64,000 bases of DNA, taken from the human T2T-CHM13v2.0 reference genome, Homo sapiens. The notes under the pieces were generated by a model. The model was given only the letters and a program-made list of their open reading frames with translations, did not search any database and was not told the DNA's origin. Below are positions 17,140 through 33,020 of this stretch, one piece after another. The DNA lies in NCBI RefSeq assembly GCF_009914755.1, contig NC_060934.1; one strand, given 5' to 3'. Every line of letters begins with the position of its first letter. Position 1 is the first letter of the stretch. Both the position numbers and the translations under genes were made by a program.

Positions 17140-18670
17140 GTGTGCACACACCCGTCTCTGCTATCAGAGACCTGCACACACCTGTCCCCAATGCCTGAGA
17201 CCTGCACACACCTGTCCCTGCTATCAAAGACCTGCATACACCTCTCCTCACTGCCTGAGACATGCACAAACCTGTCCCTGCTATCAGAGACGTGCATACA
17301 CTTGTCCCTCTTCCTGAGACGTGCACACACCTGTTCTCAGTGCCTGAGACCTGCATGCACACATCTGTCCCCCTGCCTGAGACCTGCACTCACCTGTCCC
17401 CCTTCCTGAGCCCTGCACACACCTGTTCTCAGTGCCTGAGACCTGCACACACCTGTCCCCCTGCCTGAGACCTGCACGCACCTGTCCCCCTGCCTGAGAC
17501 CAGCACACACCTGTCCCTGCTATCAGAGACCTGCACACACCTGTCCCCCTGAGACCTGCACACACCTGTCCCCAGTGCCTGAGACATGCACACACCTCTC
17601 CCTGCGATCAGAGACCTGCACACACCTGTCCCTCTGCCTGAGACCTTCATACACCTGTCCCCAGTGCCTGAGACCTGAACACACCTGTTCCTGCTATTAG
17701 AGACCTGCACACACCTGTCCCCCTGCCTGAGACCTGCACACACCTGTCCCCGGTGTCTGAGACCTGCAAACACCTCTCCCTTTGTATGAGACCTCCACAC
17801 ACCTGTCCCCCTGCCTGAGACCTGCACACACCTGTCCCCAGTGCCTGAGACCTGCACACACATGTCCCCCGCCTGAGACCTGCACACACCTGTCCCCCTG
17901 ACACCTGCACACACCCGTCCCCAGTGTCTGAGACCTGCACACACCTGTCCCCCTGCCTGAGACCTGTACACACCTGTTCCCCTGCCTGAGACCTGCACAC
18001 ACCTGTCCCCAGTGCCTGAGACCTGCACACACCTGTCCCCAGTGCCTGAGACCTGCACACACCTGTCCCCAGTGCCTGAGACATGCACACACCTGTCCCC
18101 AGTGCCTGAGACCTGCACACACCTGTCCCCCTGCCTGAGACCTGCACACATCTGTCCCCATGCCTGAGACCTACACACACCTGCCCCCCTGCCTGAGACC
18201 TGCACACACCTGCCCTCAGTGCCTGAGACCTGCAAACATCTGTCCCCCTGCCTGAGACCTGCACACACCTGCCCTCAGTGCCCGAGACTTGCACACACCT
18301 GTCCCCCTGCCTGAGACCTGCACACACCTGTCCCCAGTGCCCGAGACCTGCACACACCTGTCCCCCTGCCTGAGACCTGCACACACCTGCCCTCAGTGCC
18401 TGAGACCTGCACACTCCTCTCCCCCTGCCTGAGACCTGAACACACCTGTCCCCCTGCTTGAGACCTGCACACACCTGTCCCCAGTGCCTGAGACCTGCAC
18501 ACACCTGTTCCCAGTGCCTGAGACCTGCACACACCTGTCCCCCTGCCTGAGACCTGCACACACCTGCCCTCAGTGCCTGAGACCTGCACACACCTGCCCT
18601 CAGTGCCTGAGACCTGCACATACCTGTCCTCAGTGCCAGAGTCCTGCACACACCTGCCCTCAGTGCCAGA
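17140..18670. repeat. ~30-bp minisatellite, ~50 copies
   Basis: Unit cctgagacctgcacacacctgtccccagtg with length variants. Confidence 0.97.
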
Positions 18671-19589
18671 GATAAAGTCTGAACCTCTCAAGGCTTTGAT
18701 GGGCATCACTGAACTTTTATACCATTCTAGGACCCTCTCTTTTTCTGGAGTTTTTCTTCAAAACATCGACAGGCTGTCTGGTTCTGCAGCTCTGCCTCAC
18801 CCTCCCAGTGAAAGCAACTCTAAAATCTGGAGAGAAGATGTCACCACGTGTCTGAGGTGAGTTTGGAGGGCAGTCAGTGCTGGCAAAAACTGGCAACTAC
18901 ACTCTGCACAGAGAAAAGCACCCGTGGGCCTCCATCCATCTGGCTTTTTCCTGGGGCTGCCATCCCTGCTGGGGGAGTGCAGGCGCCCAGGGTGAGGAGA
19001 GGAGGCTGCAGCTGGGGCTTCCGGTGCTGAGGCTTGCAGGGCCAGTCCCAGGAGGAGGGGCCGAGGTGAAGGGTCCAAGGGCTGTCAGCTGGGCTTGGCT
19101 GCTCAGGGCAGAGCAGGATGTCACAAAGCCTGGCAGGAACCAGCTAAGACCAAACAGGTGCAGCGCCCGCCGGGGAGACGGGGCCTCAGCAAACGTCCCG
19201 GGGCTTTCGCTGGGGACCGTAAGGGTCCCATCCAGGGAGTGAGAGCAAAACAAACAAAGACCAGACCAGGCCCAGATTCCTGGACCCAGGCAGCCCCGCA
19301 CACAATCCGCCTTCTAGAACAAAGTGGCGCTCCTGGCAGAGACACCCTCTGGGGTTCTCCAAGTTCTCGTCCAGCCTCAGAAGGTAAGAAACTGACTATG
19401 GCAGGAGGCAGAGCGGAGCCACTGACACCCAAGAGAAACGAGAGGTTGCAGAGACCAACAGCAGGTACTGGAAATAGAAACTTCAGCAAACTGTGAGTGG
19501 CAGAGCAAAAGACGGACAGACAGAGGACGCACAGGACTGACTTCCCGCAGAGAGCTGGACCCAGACAAGAGAGGCACGTGGCCCTGCTA

Positions 19590-19913
<324 letters not shown>

Positions 19914-20741
19914 TCAGGAGCCATCTGTACCACACAGGGAGCCACACCACACCAAGGGCTCCCTGCTGGCCTAGGCACCATGGGCGCCTCGCAAGCTCCC
20001 CGTGTGCCCCAAGGCCAGAGCTCAGGCCTTTGCCTTTCCCCCGACAGACCTCCTGCACCCTGGGCACCTCTCTTTTCTCACGAATCCCCTTGAAGCCAAC
20101 TAAGCCCACCACTAGCCACGTAGAGCCTTTGCTACTCCACACACACACATTGGGGTGTAGGACCCCTTGCCCCACCTCGTGGTGCCGAACAACCCTGGGA
20201 TCTGGGCCTGCCTGCGGCTGTGCACCCGGCCTTGCTAGGGCGCCCCGGGTGTGGGCCGGTGGCTGAGCCCCTGCACTAGGATCTGGGCCTACCCCGCATC
20301 CCCCCAGCCTCTCCTCGCTAAGCAGAGCCCCCGGCCTGGGGCGGTGGCTGAGCCCCGCACTGCTGTGTTCTGGATCCAGGTCCTGTGCTGAGCCCCTGTC
20401 CTGTCCTGACTGCCAGGTCACAGGAAGCATGGCCTTTGCCCCTCCATGGTGCTCCCACGGTAACTGCGTTTTGGGTTAGGAGCCAGGCTGGTCACCTTCC
20501 TTTATGGGCAAATGCAGAGGGGTGCTGTGCTCTCCTGCTGAGGGAAACCCAGGTGGTGGGAGAACCAGTTCTGTCAGATGACCGGGACCTCCAGGCGGAG
20601 CTCCCTCTTCGCTGCCCCCACCTTCTCTCAGCCTCTGCCCAGGCGCCCAGCAGGCCTGTTCCAGGGAGGCCCGTGGTGCACATAAAGCTCATCTTTCCCG
20701 GGGAATTCCAGGGCCCACGGGAGGAGAAATCAGTCACAGGA

Positions 20742-21230
<489 letters not shown>

Positions 21231-22906
21231 TCACGAGTAACCAAAGAAACGCAAACGAAAACAGCCACAATTACATTCTTCACGCGCGTGTTTACAAAGA
21301 TTTTTAAAAATCCTCAGGATCTAACGGCACATCCGACTCCCAAATTTGTGTCCATCACTGGTTCTCTCTTCCAAACTCCAAGGTCATGTCCAGCTGCTGT
21401 TTGACAGCCAGGGGTGTTTAATGAGCATCTCCGACTCCATCTCTCCGGCGTGCCCAGCCCCGGCCCCGCTGTGCCTCCCGCGGGCACCCCCACCGGAAAG
21501 TTCGGAACCAACTACAGGTCCCTGGGTGGGCTCCTGCTCCCCGCTCGGCCTTCCCACGGGGTCTTCAAGGTGTCTGCTACCTTCCCCTTCGCTGCTCCAC
21601 CTGGCCCCGGCCACGGCCCCCGGCTGTCCCGCCTTCTCCTGTGCCATGAACACCAGGTCCTGGCCATTTGCCACAGCACGTCCAGAGAGGTCCTTTAGAA
21701 GGCAGGCCAGCAGGGGGTCACAGCAGAGGTCAAGACCCAGCAGGCCCAGCCCCAGGGCGTTTTCGTCCTCTGACCTCTGACCCTCTCCCGAGGCCTGCAC
21801 GCCCCTCTGCCCAGGCCTCCCCGGCCACGCGCGTTCCAAGTCGAGGTGCCCCTTGCCGCCGAGACGTCGCTGCTCCCAGCACACCACATCGCGCTGGCCA
21901 CCCCACATCGCGTTGGCCTCTGCCATCTGCCACCCTCCACAGCTCGTAAACAAATGAACAGCAGGGAACCAGGACCCTATGGCCTCCACAACTCCTTTGC
22001 TCCAAAGTTATTTTAGGGCTGTGAGGACAACCGGGCCAAAGACCAGGTTCCTGGGACACTGCTCCACGTCCCTTATACCAGGAGAGTGTGGACACGGTTC
22101 CAATGTTCAGCCGGGCTGCACAGATAACTCACGGTGCACAGATAACTCACGGTACTGAAAAATGCAAAGTTCACATTGCAGGTGAAGGCTGGTTACCACA
22201 GGCCGCTAAGTGAAAGGGTATAGAGAGCTTAATTCCACTTTCACCATAACAGTGTCTGTTTCAATGTAACGGCGAAATGGCCGGAAGAGCATGAGTGAAA
22301 ATATGAACAGGGTTATGCTGAATGATGGGGCCAATCGTGAGCTTTATTTTCCTCTTTCTTTTATCTACATGTTCTAAGATTTTCACTATAAAATGTATCA
22401 CTTACGTAATTTTAAAAAGTATCTTGTAAAAACTAATAAAAACAGAACCGTATACAATCATAGCACAGAAGTATTTCTGAGATGGTCTCTAAATCTAAAA
22501 GTGATTTGCTACACTAACGAGAGTTAGTTGTTACACAGCCTGATGTTAGTAAACTTCAACAGCTCTGAAGTGAACTCCTGCCTGAAGGCTGCCGGAGACG
22601 GGAGTGGCCTGACCGAGCACTGCCTCAGGACCCGGCGCCCAGCACCCAGCGCCCAAGGGTCCAGGGCCCGGCAGCCAGCCTTTCTGTCCTCCGGGGAGGG
22701 GCTCGGGCCACCCTGGAGAGCCCCCCTCACCGCCCCTCCCTCCCTCTGTGAGGAGCACCTCCCCACAACCCACCTCCAGCACGACCCAGGAGAACCGGCC
22801 ACAGCCGTGTCCCCCAAGTGCTCACTCTCCCCAGAGGGGCAGGAGTCCAGGGAAGAGGGTGGCCGCGCAGCTGGCTTTCACCTGGCCGCACCAAGGGCGA
22901 GACTCA

Positions 22907-23101
<195 letters not shown>

Positions 23102-23570
23102 CTACTAGTGTGCTTCACAGAAAACGGTCAACTAACACATCGAGGCACACTTGGATGGTATTTTCAATCATTTTTAAAGGTAAGCGAAATTACTAGGGAA
23201 AAGTGCCCGGTAGCTCCATCAAATTTCAAGTGGGATTCTTCTCCCGCTCCTTCACAGATCTCGTGCGAGGCATTATCTGTTGCCTCCTGGACGCCGTCCG
23301 AGGAGAAGAGGAGGCCCTCAGGTGGGCTCAGCACCCACCACAATAAGCAGAGAAGCCTCGACTCCTGTTGAAAACCCTATTCTTGTAAAATGCTTTCAGG
23401 CAAGCAGGAAAGTTGCACAGACACCAGGAAGCATCCCTGTGCGGGCCCCGGTGGTCCCTCTTAGCCCCGTGACCACGCCTGCTCCAGCCTCCTCTCCCGT
23501 GCCCGCCCCTGGGATATCTGAGCAAGCTGAGGATGCAACTTGCAGCCTTTCTCCCGGATCCTTCAGGGCA

Positions 23571-25853
23571 CAGGCGCCTCCATTTATCAAACTGTGCTGT
23601 ATTGCGCTGCTCAGATGTTGCATATTTTACAAATTGAAAGTCTGGGGCAGCCCTGAGCGACCAAGTCCATCGGCGCCATTTTCCCACAGCACCTGCTCAC
23701 TCGGTGTCTCTGTGTCACATTTTGGTAATTCTCAAAATATTTCAAACTTTGTCATTATTATGATTGTGTTATGGTGATCTGTGTTCAGTGATCTTTGCGG
23801 TTACCATTGTAATTGTTTTGGGGCACCATCAGCCACGCCCATATGAGACGGTGAACTGAGTCGATAAATGTCCCGTGGGCTCTGATTGCTCTGCAGCTTG
23901 GCCGCTCCCGCATTTCTCTCCCTCCCCTTGGGCCTCCCTATTCCCCAAGACACAGAAATTTTGAAATTAGGCCAGTTAATAACCCTACGATGGGCTCTTA
24001 AGTGTTCCAGAGAAAGGAACAGGCGCACGTCTCTCACGTTAAAGAAAAGCCAAAAATGATTCAGTTCAGTGAGGAAAGCGCGTCAGAAGTGGAGACAGAC
24101 TGCAAGCTCGGCCCCTGCACCAGTTAACCAAGCTGTAAGTGTGAAGGGAAAGTTCTGAAAGGAAATGAGAAGCTCCTACAGGGAACATATGAATACAAAT
24201 GACGAGAAGGTGGAGCCGCCTCAGTGCCGGTATGAAAAAGTTTCCGTGGTCTGCGCCGAAGATCAAACCAGTCACAATATTCCTTCAGGCCGAAGTCTCA
24301 TCCAGAGCCAGGCCCTCACTCTCTTCAATCCCATGAACGCTGGGAGACGTGAGGAAGCTGCAGAAGAAGTTTGAAGCGGCAGAGGTGGGCTCGTGAGGTT
24401 TCTGGACAGAAGCTGTCTCTGTCACATAAAAATGCCAGGTGAAGCAGCAAGTGCTGATGGAGAAGCTGAAGCCAGTTAGCCGGAAGATCCAGCTAATAAG
24501 AGCATGGATGGTGGCTACGCTAAACAACAGATTTCCACTGTAGACCGCACAGCCTTCTATTGGAAGAAGATGCCTTCTAGGACTTTCAGAGCTAGAGAAG
24601 AAAAGTCAATGCCTGGCTTCCAAGCTTCCAAGCACAGGCTGACTCTCTTGCTAGGGGCTAACGCAGCCGGGGACTTTGAGTTGAAGCCAATCCTCATTCA
24701 CCATTCTGAAAATCCCAGGGCCTTTAAGAATGATGCTCAATCTACTCTGCCTGTGCTCCGTAAGTGTACAACAAAGCCTGGTGACAGCACATCTGTTGAC
24801 AGCATGGTTTGCTGAATATTTAAAGCCCACTGTTGAGACCTACTGCTCAGAAAAACAGATTCCTTTCCAAATAGTACTGCTCATTGGCAATGCTTTGGCC
24901 ACCCAAGAGTGCTCACGGAGACATACAAGGAGACGAATGCCTTCTCCGTGCCTGCTAACACCACTGCTAACACTGCACCCATGCAGTCCATGGATCAAGG
25001 AGGCATTTCGACTTTCAAGTCTTACTATTTATGAAGCACATTTAATAAAGTTATAGCTGCCGCAGAGAGTGATTCTTCTGATGGATCTGGGCAAAGTGAA
25101 TTGAAAACCTTCTGGAAAGGATTCACCATTCTAGATCCCATTAAGAACATTCCTGATTCATGGGAGGAGGCCAAAATAGCAACATTAACAGGAATTTGGA
25201 AGAAGTTGATTCCAAACCTCATGGATGACTTTGAAGGATCCAAGATTTCAGTAGAAGGAGCTACAGATGTGGAGGAAATAGCAAGAGAAGTAGAATCAGA
25301 AGTGGAGCCTGAAGATGGCACTGAATTGCTGCAATCTCAAGAGAAAACTTGAATGGATGCGGAATTGCCTCTTATGGATGAGCAGAGAAAGTGGTTTCTT
25401 GAGATGGGATCTGCTCCTGGTAAAGATGCTGTGAACACTGTGGAAATGACAAAAGGGACCTAGAATATTCCATACATTGAGTTGATAAAGTGGCAGCAGC
25501 ATTTAAGAGACTGACTCCAATTTTGAAAGAACTTCTGCCATGGGTAAAATTCCATCAAACATCATTGCATGCTACAGAGAAATCTTTTGTGAAAGAGTTG
25601 ATCCATGTGGCAAATTTTATTGTTGTCTTATTTTAAGAAATTGCCAGCCTTTTTAGCATTTTTAGTACATACATTTTAAATGGATGTATGTACATTTTTT
25701 AGACATAAGGCTATCACACACTTAATAGACTACAGAATAGTGTAAACCTAACTTTTATATACTCTGGAAAACCAAAAAATTCATGTGACTTGTTTTAATG
25801 TGATATTTGTTTTGTTTTGGAACACAACCTGCAATATCTCCAAGATATGCCTG
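23571..25853 (+). mobile_element. Tigger1 DNA transposon, near full length, transposase disrupted
   Basis: 5' end caggcg..., 3' end aatatctccaagatatgcctg|TA; ORF pieces 24504..24815 ([22 protein letters not shown]...[14 protein letters not shown]) and 25101..25352 ([11 protein letters not shown]...IWKKLIP) are pogo/DDE_1 transposase motifs. Confidence 0.95.
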
Positions 25854-25934
25854 TATTTCCTTAAAACAAGAATATTCTCCTAAGGATCAGGTAGAAATTT
25901 TAAAATAAAAATATCATATTTTATCTTTTAAATT

Positions 25935-26180
25935 TTTAGTAACAGCATCATGCTCTGTTGCCCAGGCTAGAGTGCAGGGGCATGATCATAGCTCACTGCA
26001 GCCTCCATTTCTTAGGCTCAGGTGATCCTCTTGCCTCAGCCTCCTGAGTAGTTGCGACAACAGGTGTGTGTCACCATACCTGGCTAATATATTTTTTAAA
26101 TTTTTTGTAGAGATGGGGTCTTGCTATGTTGCCCAGGCTGGTCTCAAACTCCTGGGATCAAATAGTCCTCCCGTCCCAAC
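25935..26180 (-). mobile_element. AluJ-like partial element
   Basis: gctctgttgcccaggctagagtgcag...gatcatagctcactgcagcctc...gtagagatggggtcttgctatgttgcccaggctgg. Confidence 0.88.
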
Positions 26181-26263
26181 CAAAAATACCATTTTCATAT
26201 TCAAATATTTTTATTTACTTGGTGTTCAAGTCCCAGGGACTTTATTATTTACACAGTCAACTA

Positions 26264-26491
<228 letters not shown>

Positions 26492-27041
26492 CTACATGGA
26501 CACATAACACACACAGGAGGTCACAGGAGCGGGTGTAGACCACAAGCATAAGGGTCTTTCCTCAGAGAACTCCCTCCCTCCCCATGCCAGCACATGTCTG
26601 CACACAGCAGGTGCTCAGCGCGTGTCCGCACACAGCAGGTGCTCAGTGCGTTTCTGTGGGATGGATGGAGGCTGTGCTATCTTCCTTCCCTCTTCCACTC
26701 ATGGGTTTCATTTTGTCACGTGATAATCTTTGTGAACATCAGCACCCAAGTATGAAGATCCTCACAAGAAACACACCCTTATGTGTTTGTTTCATTTTTC
26801 CACTAAAAACTACTGACTCATTAGAGACAGAATTTCTTTGTGTGCACACACAACCACTTACAAATTTAATATATAGAGAAGAGCTAATGCTTCTTATTAT
26901 GTTGGACTTGGTTTGTTAAAACCATTACTCTTGAGTGGGAAATTAGGAAAGTTGGATGACTTGTCGCAAAAATGTACTTCTAAGAACTGGAGGATAATCA
27001 ATATCCAAAGAATGACTGGGCCAAGATCTGGAAGTCAGTAT

Positions 27042-27192
27042 GCATCCAGGGACACAAGCCTGGCTATCAGGCACTGAGGCATCCAGCGACACGAGCCTGG
27101 CTGTCAGGCACTGAGGCATCCAGGGATACGAGCCTGGCTGTCAGGCACTGAGGCATCCAGGGATACGAGCCTGGCTATCAGGCACTGAGGCA
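27042..27192. repeat. 37-bp tandem repeat, 4 copies
   Basis: gcatccagggatacgagcctggct[a/g]tcaggcactgag. Confidence 0.92.
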
Positions 27193-27479
27193 GCTGAGGG
27201 CCCCATGGTGCTCCGCATCGTGCTGCAGGCTGGGCTTAGAAAACGGGGTTCAGGGCCCACCAAGAGCTCCACTCTCTCACTCTCTCTCTCAGGCTGGGTT
27301 CTTGAAGGGCTGCACCTCAGAATTCCAGGCAATCTAGGAGGAGGCCGTCCCCTCAGGGATGACAACCAGGCAGAGGGGCCGTGCGGGTGGCCTGGAAAGC
27401 ACAGGGTCCTTTGAGAGGTCAATGGAATTGATCACTCCCAGTGAGGCTGATCGGGAGAGCGAGCGAGGGGTGACAGGGC

Positions 27480-29760
27480 TCTACAGGTCCCACAGGCATT
27501 AAAAGGTAATACAAGGACATTGAGAACAACTTCATGGCAATACATCCAAAATGTATTTTCAATAAAAACATCCCAGAAAAACACAACCTATGAAAACTGT
27601 TACAAGAAGAAACAGAAACTCTGAAGAATTCTATAACTATGAAATAAATTGGATCCATAATTTAAAATTTTCCCAAACAGAAGCTCTGGGCTCAGATGGC
27701 TTTACCAGGGAATTCTTCCACGCATTTAAGGATGAAATAACCACCAATCTTATACAAATTTCTCCTAAGAATGGTCAGAAAGGAACACTTGTAACTGACT
27801 AAAAGGCCAGCGTAACTTTTACCACATCCTGAGGAGGACACACATGAAAGGAAAATCAAACATCGTCCTCCTCACAAGCACAGATGCACACACCCCGGAA
27901 ACAAGTGCCGCCAACCAAAGCTGGTGACATAAAGTGAGTGACAGCACAGCCAAGCTGCCCTATTGTGATAATCATTAGAAAGAATCAAGGTAATTAATTC
28001 AAGGAATGAAGGAGGAAAACATCATCTGCATAGATGGAGAAAAATATAAAAGCATTCATGACTAAAATTATTAGCGAATAGAAATAAACTTCCTTCATCA
28101 ATAAAGATCGATAAAAACCTACAACTGCCCTATTGTGATAATCATTAGAAAGAATCAAGGTAATTAATTCAAGGAATGAAGGAGGAAAACATCATCTGCA
28201 TAGATGGAGAAAAATATAAAAGCATTCATGACTAAAATTATTAGCGAATAGAAATAAACTTCCTTCATCAATAAAGATCGATAAAAACCTACAACTGCCC
28301 TATTGTGATAATCATTAGAAAGAATCAAGGTAATTAATTCAAGGAATGAAGGAGGAAAACATCATCTGCATAGATGGAGAAAAATATAAAAGCATTCATG
28401 ACTAAAATTATTAACGAATAGAAATAAACTTCCTTCATCAATAAAGATCGATAAAAACCTACAACAAACATCAATTATACTTCAGAGTAAAATGCTGGAA
28501 ACTTTCCTTTGAGATAGGATGTGCAACATAAAAATAGATGTTATCACCATTTTCATTCAACCTCATACCGGAGGTCCTTGCCAGAATATAAGGCAAGGTA
28601 AAGAAAAAACAGTGTAAAGAGTGGAAACTAAAAAAGAAAAATGTGTTTGCAGATAAAACGATGATGTACACACAAAATCCAAAATAATCTACAGACAAAT
28701 TACTAAAGTTATAAAGAGCTTAACAAAATGGATGCTTACAAGGCCAAAATGAAAACAATTACATTTCTATAGTTTATCTGGAGTTTAAACATGAAACAAA
28801 AAAGCTATATTTACAACAGCATCAAAAATATCAAATACACAGAAATAAATCTGACATGCATAACTGCCAAGCAGAAAACTCTGGTCTATTGTTAAGAGAT
28901 GCTGAAGAAGACCTACGTCAATGGAGAGACAGACCATGTCCATGGATCAAAAGGCTGAACACCATAACAATGTCAGTTCTCCATAAAGTAATTTACAGAT
29001 TCAATGCAATGTCAGTAAAAACTCTACCAGGGTTTGTGATGGGTCTGACACACTGATTCTAAAATACACATGGACATGCAATGGAGAATAAAAGGAATAG
29101 CCCAACCGTCCTGAAGAATGAGGTAAGGAGATTTTCTCTACCAAATACTCACGGTTGTGAAGCTCAGTAATTGACAATGAGATGATGATGCCAAGGACAA
29201 AAAACTAACAGAAAGCAAGAGAGACCCCAAAGCAGACCCATGCACAGGTGGGCAACTGCTCATGCCCAGTGCAGCCAGCAGGGAAGGCAGCCAGTGACAT
29301 TTCAGGAAGTGGTGTCAGAACAATGGGACACCCTGACTGCCATGCTTGAGGCTTGACCCCTACCTCACACCACACACACATCAAGTTCAGATGACAGGCA
29401 AAACTACAAAGGTGCAAAATATTTCCACTTTTTGGAAAAATACTATAACAGAATATCTGTACAACCTCCAGAAATGAAAACATCAAAAAAAAGGACACAC
29501 AAAAAACTGACTAATTACAAAGGAAAAGACTAATGACTCTTATTACATTAAAACTACTAATCCCTGTTCCCAAAAAGACCTCCTTAACAGAGTGGAAAGG
29601 CAAGGCACAAAGTGGAGGCAGATCTGCTGGTCACATGGCTGCTCATGTGATTTTCCAGAATAAAGGATTCCTTCAAACCAATCAGGAAAAGTCAGAAAGC
29701 TTAATTAAATATGGGCGACAGCCTGGAGGGCACATCACAAAAGAGGACCTCCAAGGATAG
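27480..29760 (+). mobile_element. Old L1 ORF2 remnant
   Basis: A-rich; ORF 28856..29056 ([30 protein letters not shown]) resembles L1 ORF2 ([30 protein letters not shown]). Confidence 0.85.
27955..28464. repeat. 170-bp tandem triplication inside L1
   Basis: Units start at 27955, 28125 and 28295; near identical. Confidence 0.95.
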
Positions 29761-29974
29761 GAAGCACTGAAGGCCAACCTCACTGTGGCCAGGGGTGTCC
29801 CATTAAACCAAGGGGAATGCCCCTGCCCACCCACCGGCTGCTGATATTGAGGGGAGTGGCATCAGCAGGGATCTGCGCAGGGCCACTCTACCCACAGCGG
29901 GCACGGCAGTGAACTGAATGACCACTATGGAGGGCAGCATGGCAGCGTGGCACCAAACACCGCAGGTGGAGATG

Positions 29975-30230
29975 GTCCAGGTGTGCCCTAAATGCAATTC
30001 TGTGGGAGGGAGCGGGAGATTTGATCCACACAAAAGAGGAGGCCACGTGACCACAGAGGCTGACCCGGATGAGGAAAGAGGGATCTTCCCCGGCCCCTTT
30101 GGAGGGTGTGCCACCCTCCCGACACCTGGATTTGAGCCCAGGGACACTGATTTTCGGCTTCCGGCCTCCAGAACCATGAGGGGATCAATTTCTGTTGTTT
30201 TAACCATGCGGTTGTGGGAGCTTGTCATGA
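29975..30230 (+). mobile_element. MaLR (MLT1-like) LTR fragment
   Basis: ccctaaatgcaat...gaggaggccacgtgaccacagaggc...ggcctccagaaccatgag...aatttctgttgttttaa. Confidence 0.75.
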
Positions 30231-30472
30231 ACACCTGTCCTGTCTCACTAGGTACGTGTTGGACTTGAGTGGGGAAAGAAGGAAGGCTTTCCTAAGTGTC
30301 GGCAGTTGAGGGCAGACAGTGGTGCTGGGAGGGCCTGTGGGAGGCTGGGGGCTGATGGGACTCTGTCCTGTCCTCCTTTTTCTGGCTACAGTTCACAGTG
30401 AAAACTGGACTTGGGGACAGGTCAAGGGGACACCATGCTGTGACCAAGGTCTTGAGCCTTTTCTTTATGTCA

Positions 30473-30628
<156 letters not shown>

Positions 30629-31226
30629 CTAGAAAGGCAAGAATACAGGATTTACCTGAAACGGTGGAGGTGAAACAGCAGACACCCCCGGCCCACCGGC
30701 ATGGCTGTGCAGCATTCAGGCCACAGCCCTGGGCAGCCGGCATCCTCCCCACCACCAGGTCCCAGCGAGTGCCCAGATCCAGCCTCTGATACTGTTTCCA
30801 GGCAGTGCACGCAAAGCTTTCTGCCCCGTGCACAGCCAGAGTTGGCCTGGGGGTGCCCAGGCTCAGGACTCCCGAGAGCTAAGGCTCTGCAGCCTCTGCC
30901 TCCTGCGTCTCCCCTCAGTGACAGCTGGCTGGTGAGCTCAGCAGTGCTCGTGCTGGGGTCCGGGTGTGAGCGTCCCATGAACTCAGCAGTGCTCGTGCCG
31001 GGGTCCAGGTGTGAGCGTCCTGCTCTGGGGAGCTGGGCAGCCAAGTGGTTTCTCAGACCTGCCCAGCACTTTGAGAAGTGGATACTTGCAGAGAGAAAGG
31101 TTTCATGAGATGAAAAAAACACTTTTCTCACTGCTCTGGGACCCAGGCCCTGGGCTGTGTCTGCTGCCATGGCCTCTGAGCCTGGCAGACCTGGGACAAC
31201 GTGCTCTGTGCAAACTGCGTGCATTA

Positions 31227-31865
<639 letters not shown>

Positions 31866-33020
31866 CTAGTGCTCTGGTGGTCTTGCGTCCCCGTCAGCTG
31901 CCATCAGGGGAGCCCCTAGAGCACGGAGCTGGGCTGGCCCGGGGTGTGGGCACCGGGGGCTGCAGGGACATGCCCGTGAGCCTGCTGGCTCCGCGGGTGT
32001 CCCTCAGTCTCACTCCACTGTCAGGGACACAGCGGGACACCCCTGGCCCTGGGGCTCCCTGCTGGCCATCCCGCACTCTCCCTGCAGCGGCCCTTGTTGG
32101 GGATGTACCCAGGCAGGGAGGACGCTAGGCACGCCTCCTTGGCAGGCCCTGCGGGCCCCTCGCGGCCCTGACACCTGGGGGTCTGGGGCAGGCGTGGCTG
32201 GCCCTGGGGGAGACTTGCCACTCCTTGGGTGAATGAGTTCGAGGTCTCTAATTAAGAACACATGAGAATAACATTGAGCAATTCTCCTAGAAGAGTCACA
32301 AAGAATGGCAGCGTGGGCGCCCACAGCCCCGGGTCTGGCAGTGGTTGAGGCTGGTGGGGGGTTAGCGTGGAGCATTCTGAAGACGGGATAGGGGGGCCTC
32401 CCTGCCTTTCCTGCTCTGCCCACGGCTGGGCGGTGGCCCTCTTGATCCTGAGATGCCCTATGGGGGCTCCGGGCAAACTCATCCTCAGAAGAAAGGCCTG
32501 CCATGCCTGGCGCTGCCCTGCTGGGGTGTAGCCTGCGGGAGGCCTAGACAGACGCACGGGGAGGCCCCCGACAGCTGCTCCTGGTGGGCTTTACAGGGAG
32601 AGGTGGTAGGAGGAGCAGGACAAGGAGGGGGGTGGGAGTGGGAAGAAGGCTCTGGAAGCCCCGTCAGCGGGCGGTTCAGGAGCTGTCGGGCCCCAGCTAA
32701 CAGAGGCGCCTGCCGCTGCCTTGGTGTGGCGAGCCAGGCAGAGGCAGTTTTGGGTGGTGGTCTGCAAGGGTGCCAGGGCGGGTGTCAGGGAGGACCGGCT
32801 GATCTGGAGGGAGCCACGAGCCCCTCCCTTGGGGAGTGCTGGGAATGTGGAGGGTGCAGGAATGAAGAGGGGAGTCTTTTGTTTTGGGGGAGTCTCTTGT
32901 TTTTATGCTGATGGGAACCATTCAGGAGAGAGGAAGAATCTGGATGTCGCAGGAAATTGCTCACATCTCAAAGGTCTTTAGGAAATGCTGGGAAAGACTC
33001 TGACATCTTTACAACGCTCA

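Noticed and set aside
17140-18709. Cys-rich, keratin-associated-like or zinc-finger-like ORFs
   Set aside because: They arise from the 30-bp VNTR and shift frame with unit-length variants
23990-25400. Intact or domesticated transposase (TIGD/CENP-B-like gene)
   Set aside because: Multiple frameshifts and stops; terminal repeats retained as in an ordinary Tigger1 fossil
27955-28464. Alpha satellite (171-bp-like period)
   Set aside because: Sequence is L1-derived with no alphoid similarity or CENP-B box
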